From: Bacteroidaceae bacterium | GTDB lineage: Bacteria > Bacteroidota > Bacteroidia > Bacteroidales > Bacteroidaceae | NCBI GenBank assembly: GCA_963667395.2 | Contig: CAXXJL010000001.1 | Span: 1,477,329-1,509,328, forward strand | Direction: 5' to 3' | DNA: 32,000 nucleotides | Shown: one piece after another, positions 27,415 to 32,000 of the stretch | Numbering within the stretch: position 1 is the stretch's first letter | How the letters are laid out: every line of letters begins with the position of its first letter | The notes under the pieces: model-generated | What the model saw: the letters and a program-made list of their open reading frames with translations, nothing else | Told to the model about the DNA's origin: nothing | The model's database searches: none | Made by a program: the position numbers and the translations under genes

Positions 27415-28866
27415 TTACCTGTGCCTCTTCAACATGAGTCTGTCTGTTATTGAAACAGGCAGCTCATTTTCATAATGCGTTACGTAGATAATCGTTTTAT
27501 CCTTTCTTGCGCAAAAAGCCTCTACAATAGCCTTTACCCTTCTTCGGTTGCTGGTATCCAGTCCGTGGAGAGGTTCATCAAGAATAAGGAGTTCGGGATC
27601 TTTTACGAATGCACGGGCTAGAAGAACCAAGCGTTGTTCACCTGATGAAATTTGCAGGAACGGACGGTCTTTAAGGTCAAGAATGCCAAATATATCCATC
27701 CACCATTCACAAATTGACATCTGTTCGGGGCGTGGTTTCTTATAGAGTCCTATTGAATCGTGCAATCCGGAAGCTACGATATCTATTGTTGGCAGGTTTT
27801 TTAGGTAAGCGCGGTGCATTTCCGGAGAAACATAACCAATATGCTTTTTAATTTCCCAAATACTCTCACCTGATCCACGTTTCCTACCGAAAAGACTGAT
27901 ATCGCAAGCGTACGACTGTGGATTATCCGCACAAACCAAACTGAGCAGAGTAGATTTTCCCGCTCCGTTCTCACCTGAAAGTGCCCACTTCTGTCCACGA
28001 AGAATTTGCCACTCAAGTTCTTTCAGAATAGTGCGGTCGCCATAACGGATAGAAATCTTATTTAGTTTTACCACCTCCTCCGAATCGAATAGCTGATCAC
28101 CGTACTCCAAATCTATAATTCCTTGTATTTTTTCCTCACACAGTGCCGGACTTGTATTAGGCTTGTATTCATTAAAATACTCTTTACGAGTAACTTTTTC
28201 CCCGCAAGTGCGCTTCTTAACAGGCATCACATGAGTAATGAAATCTGGAATATCATCGAGCATGGAGAGTACCAGAATAATCTGAAAAGAAGATTTGGAT
28301 GTTAGTCTTTGCAGTACATCATGCAATAAATCCCGGGTCTTTGCATCTAGTCCAATAAACGGATTATCCATTACCAGCACCCGAGGGTTTGTCAGCAATG
28401 TTTTCGTTAACTGAAACTTTCTAAGTTCACCGCTAGAAAGGAGAATCATTTTTTTATCCAGCATCGGTTCAATGGCAAAGAGTTCAAAAAGCTCATCGCA
28501 TAATTGAGTATCGGTTACTTCACCCAAACAGTCCTTCACCAACGGAGTATCATCCTGATCGTGTGCATTCCATCTTTGCTGGTAATAGTAATTAGCATCA
28601 GCAGCCCCATACGTATCACGAAAAGCAATATATTTTATATTATCATAAGCCGTATTTGTAACGGACGGAGAGAAATCATATTCAAGTATACCTTCTTTCA
28701 ATGGGTATTTTCCCAATAAAGTATCTATCAGTAAACTTTTTCCACTTGCATTGGGACCAACAATTGCCAAGTGTTCCCCAGCTGCCAGATTCATAGTTAA
28801 GGGATGAGTAAAGCGGTACATCTCATTGCGGGCCACTCCCCCGCCCAAACGGATAATTGATTGCAT
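27415..28866 (-). CDS. Tandem ABC ATPase, ModF-like
   Basis: 483 aa; two Walker A motifs (GPNASGKS, GENGAGKS), LSSGE/ISSGEQR signatures, no TM segments. Confidence 0.87.
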   Translation of the reverse strand: MQSIIRLGGGVARNEMYRFTHPLTMNLAAGEHLAIVGPNASGKSLLIDTLLGKYPLKEGILEYDFSPSVTNTAYDNIKYIAFRDTYGAADANYYYQQRWNAHDQDDTPLVKDCLGEVTDTQLCDELFELFAIEPMLDKKMILLSSGELRKFQLTKTLLTNPRVLVMDNPFIGLDAKTRDLLHDVLQRLTSKSSFQIILVLSMLDDIPDFITHVMPVKKRTCGEKVTRKEYFNEYKPNTSPALCEEKIQGIIDLEYGDQLFDSEEVVKLNKISIRYGDRTILKELEWQILRGQKWALSGENGAGKSTLLSLVCADNPQSYACDISLFGRKRGSGESIWEIKKHIGYVSPEMHRAYLKNLPTIDIVASGLHDSIGLYKKPRPEQMSICEWWMDIFGILDLKDRPFLQISSGEQRLVLLARAFVKDPELLILDEPLHGLDTSNRRRVKAIVEAFCARKDKTIIYVTHYENELPVSITDRLMLKRHR

Positions 28867-29051
28867 TTTGATTCATTTTATTCCAAAAACAGTGCAAAAG
28901 TAGTGTTTTATTCTTCAAATAATATAAATATTGTCAGATAATCAAACATCGTTTTTCTTTTCTTACATATAAAGAATATTAATACACATAATTTGTATAT
29001 ATTTGTATTGTAGTAATTAATTTATATTGCAATCATTATTAAAATAGAGTT

Positions 29052-32000
29052 ATGATTAAAAAATTCTTTTTAGGTATGCTGGCCCTTTCCGCAACATTAA
29101 CTGTCTGTGCGGATGAAGCAAGACTGCTGCGTTTTCCCAATATTCATGGCGATAAGATCGTATTCTCTTATGCAGGCGATCTTTATTCTGTGAATAAATC
29201 TGGAGGAACAGCTCGTAAATTAACTTCAAATATCGGTTATGAGATGTTTCCACATTTCTCTCCGGACGGTAAACAAATTGCTTTTACCGGTCAGTATGAT
29301 GGAAATACGGAAGTGTTTATTATGCCTGCGGAAGGTGGAGAGCCTAAGCGACTCACATATACGGCAACTTTAGGTCGTGATGATCTTGGTGACCGAATGG
29401 GGCCCAACAATATTGTGATGGACTGGACACGCGATGGAAAGAGTGTTTTGTTCCGTACTCGTCAGAATACTTTCAATGACTTTACCGGCCAATTGCTCAC
29501 TGTTCCCATTGACGGAGGTGTTCCTACAGAAATCTCTTTAAAGAACGGAGGGTTCTCAACTTATTCACCGGATGGAAAACAACTGGCCTACAACTATGTA
29601 TTCCGCGAATTCCGTACCTGGAAAAGATATCAGGGAGGAATGGCCGATGATATCCGCATCTTCAACTTCAACACCAAGGAGTCAAAAAAGATCACTAACC
29701 ATGTGAGACAGGATGTATTCCCTATGTGGAACCAAAACGGAGATGAGATTTATTTTATTTCCGACCAGGATGATGTGATGAACCTCTACGTTTATCAGCT
29801 TTCCACCCAGCAAACCAGACAGCTTACCTTTTACAAAGACTACGATATTAAATTCCCTACCATCGGTGGAGATCAGATTGTGTACGAGTATGGCGGTTAC
29901 ATTTACCTATTCGACACAAAAACTAAAACAGCAAGTAAAGTAACGGTCGATATTAATAACGATCAGGAGTATTCTCGTCCGGAATGGAAGGACGTTAGTG
30001 CTCAGATTTCCTCTTACAGTGTAGCGCCTAATGGCGAACGGGTACTTCTTACAGCTCGTGGAGATATTTTTTCTCTGCCTGGAAAAGAAGGAATCACTTA
30101 TAATCTCACTAACTCATCGGATGCAAATGATCAGAATGCGCTTTGGTCTCCCGATGGCGAACAGTACTCTTACGTATCCGATAAGGATGGCGAGTTCCGC
30201 ATCTACGTGCACAACGTACTTACAGGAGAAGAGAAAACTGTGACCAAAGATATAAAGACCTACATCATTGACTATTCATGGGCGCCCAATTCTCAGAAGA
30301 TTCTTTGGAGCGACAAGAGAAACACACTCAACATTACTGATATAGCCACAGGAAAAACTTCTTTAGTGGAAGAATCGGGAGTGGGAATCATTGATGAATT
30401 TAACTGGTCGCCCGACAGTCGCTTCATTACTTATGCCCGTCCGGAAAAGGCTATGAATAACGTAATTGTTTACGATGTAACAACTGGTGAGAAACACGTC
30501 ATTACTGACGGATGGTACAATTCCGGTACGCCCAACTTTAGTTCTAACGGTAAATATCTTGTATTCCAGTCGGCACGCACATTTAATCCCACTTATAGCG
30601 AAACAGAATGGAACCACGTGTACAACAACATGTGTAAGGTCTACATTCTCCCAATAAAGTCGGATGCCAAGATCCCTTTTACACCTGTGAATGACATGAT
30701 TGGCCAGACAGCTCCACCCAAAGAGGAAATTTTTAAGCAGACAGGCGTAGTGAAGAAAGGATTTGAAAAGAAAGCTGACATTATAAGTTACAGTTTCCAG
30801 GATGCCGTTGAATTACCTATTCAGGCAGGCTATTACCGTAACCTTCACATGGTAGGACAAAAGGTATATTATAACCGTGGAGGAAGTACTTTTGTTTACG
30901 ATCTTGAAAAGAAAGTCGAGACTGATTTAGGCGTAAACATTGTTTTTGGTAATGGATATAAAAAAGCACTAGCCATAAAAGAGCAGAAAATGCAGGTTAT
31001 TGATGTTCCAACAGCAGCCGTAAACATCAACGAGCCTATCAATCTGGGAGACCTCAAAAAACGGATAGACTATCATCAGGAATGGATGCAGATCTACAAC
31101 GAAAGCTGGAGACAGATGCGCGATTTCTTCTATGCGCCCAATATGCACGGTGTTGATTGGAACAAGGTTTATGAGAAATACAAAGCTCTGATTCCTTATG
31201 TGAATCACCGTACCGACCTCACCTATATCATTGGTGAAATGATTGGCGAACTAAGCATTGGTCATGCATATTCACAGAATGGCGAACACCCCACTCCTAC
31301 CCGTATTCAAATGGGTATGCTGGGAGCAAACTTCACCAAAGATGCTTCCGGTTACTTCAAGGTTGAATCCATTACCGCAGGAGCCAACTGGGATAAATCA
31401 ACCCGTTCTCCGCTCACCATGCCGGGAGTTAACGTGAAGAAGGGCGATTACATTATTGCTATCAACGAACATTCACTGAAAGATGTTAAGGATCCTCAGG
31501 AACTATTGATTGGACTGGCCGGAAAAACTACTGAACTTACAGTAAACACCATTCCTTCCGAAAAGGGAGCCCGCACCGTTCTGGTTACTCCGCTGGCCGA
31601 TGTTGCCAAACTGAATTATTATAACTGGGTACAAGAAAATACCCGCAAGGTGAATGAAGCAACAAATGGAGAAGTGGGTTACATTCATATTCCTGATATG
31701 GGAGTTGACGGACTGAATGAGTTTGTGAAACACTACTATCCGCAACTGATGAAGAAAGCACTTATTATTGACGACCGCGGCAATGGCGGTGGTAACGTAT
31801 CGCCAATGATTATTGAGAGACTGATGCGTGTTCCAACTTTCTTCACCATGCATGCCGGACAAAAAGAAGGATCAGTAAACCCTGTAGGTACATTTATGGG
31901 CCCCAAAGTGTTACTGATAAATGAATATTCAGCTTCTGACGGCGACCTGTTCCCCTACCGTTTTAAATACAACAAGCTGGGAACAGTGATTGGCAAGCGT
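29052..32000 (+). CDS. Tricorn protease-like S41 peptidase, partial at window end
   Basis: ATG 29052 open to 32000 (no stop in window); signal peptide, WD40/TolB-like N-terminal repeats, PDZ, ALIIDDRGNGGGNVS and LLINEYSASDGDLFPYRFK catalytic region. Confidence 0.93.
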   Translation, partial: MIKKFFLGMLALSATLTVCADEARLLRFPNIHGDKIVFSYAGDLYSVNKSGGTARKLTSNIGYEMFPHFSPDGKQIAFTGQYDGNTEVFIMPAEGGEPKRLTYTATLGRDDLGDRMGPNNIVMDWTRDGKSVLFRTRQNTFNDFTGQLLTVPIDGGVPTEISLKNGGFSTYSPDGKQLAYNYVFREFRTWKRYQGGMADDIRIFNFNTKESKKITNHVRQDVFPMWNQNGDEIYFISDQDDVMNLYVYQLSTQQTRQLTFYKDYDIKFPTIGGDQIVYEYGGYIYLFDTKTKTASKVTVDINNDQEYSRPEWKDVSAQISSYSVAPNGERVLLTARGDIFSLPGKEGITYNLTNSSDANDQNALWSPDGEQYSYVSDKDGEFRIYVHNVLTGEEKTVTKDIKTYIIDYSWAPNSQKILWSDKRNTLNITDIATGKTSLVEESGVGIIDEFNWSPDSRFITYARPEKAMNNVIVYDVTTGEKHVITDGWYNSGTPNFSSNGKYLVFQSARTFNPTYSETEWNHVYNNMCKVYILPIKSDAKIPFTPVNDMIGQTAPPKEEIFKQTGVVKKGFEKKADIISYSFQDAVELPIQAGYYRNLHMVGQKVYYNRGGSTFVYDLEKKVETDLGVNIVFGNGYKKALAIKEQKMQVIDVPTAAVNINEPINLGDLKKRIDYHQEWMQIYNESWRQMRDFFYAPNMHGVDWNKVYEKYKALIPYVNHRTDLTYIIGEMIGELSIGHAYSQNGEHPTPTRIQMGMLGANFTKDASGYFKVESITAGANWDKSTRSPLTMPGVNVKKGDYIIAINEHSLKDVKDPQELLIGLAGKTTELTVNTIPSEKGARTVLVTPLADVAKLNYYNWVQENTRKVNEATNGEVGYIHIPDMGVDGLNEFVKHYYPQLMKKALIIDDRGNGGGNVSPMIIERLMRVPTFFTMHAGQKEGSVNPVGTFMGPKVLLINEYSASDGDLFPYRFKYNKLGTVIGKR

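Noticed and set aside
27405-27420. Unusual 2-nt spacing between convergent stop codons of the M48-like and ABC genes
   Set aside because: Closely packed convergent genes are common and there is no additional structure to support a special function.
31503-31862. 119-aa minus-strand ORF, with others at 30363-30617 and 30969-31208
   Set aside because: Antisense to the tricorn-like S41 peptidase reading frame, which carries clear catalytic motifs.

Overview
This looks like a Bacteroides-type chromosomal segment, judged from TAnnTTTG promoters, a FeoA-FeoB fusion, ISAon1-like IS, GH95 and tricorn-like S41 peptidase. Housekeeping and accessory genes: miaA (partial), gap, mscL, oxyR/dps divergent pair, GH95 alpha-L-fucosidase, guaA, an apparently split TlpA-like gene, a nitronate monooxygenase-like gene, an ABM-domain gene, tilS, feoAB plus Cys-rich peptide, tRNA-Cys(GCA), a ~1.4 kb IS, a zinc-ribbon gene, glutamine synthetase, an M48-like protein, a ModF-like ABC ATPase, and a truncated tricorn-like S41 peptidase. 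The standout is a tight ArsR-controlled operon at about 11.8-17.5 kb: arsR, thioredoxin-like, Cys-containing lipoprotein, ArsG-like (CcdA/DsbD-type) permease, ArsP/DUF318-like permease, arsC, a 341-aa protein with the HgcA hallmark NVWCAAGK and the C-terminal MNFTGSSTYTSLSGVKKEM membrane domain, an HgcB-like 2x[4Fe-4S] ferredoxin with [15 protein letters not shown] and a terminal CC, and ACR3. This is a candidate corrinoid organometal (mercury or arsenic methylation) module wired into arsenic detoxification. Other notable signals: a 32-bp palindromic operator over the arsR -7 box and start codon, with related sites elsewhere; a 352-bp symmetric array of GTGATGGATG motifs; a 21-bp-arm GTACAAAA hairpin; 10-bp direct repeats exactly flanking the IS; an OxyR-type site; and an M48 domain with SEVAH in place of HExxH.
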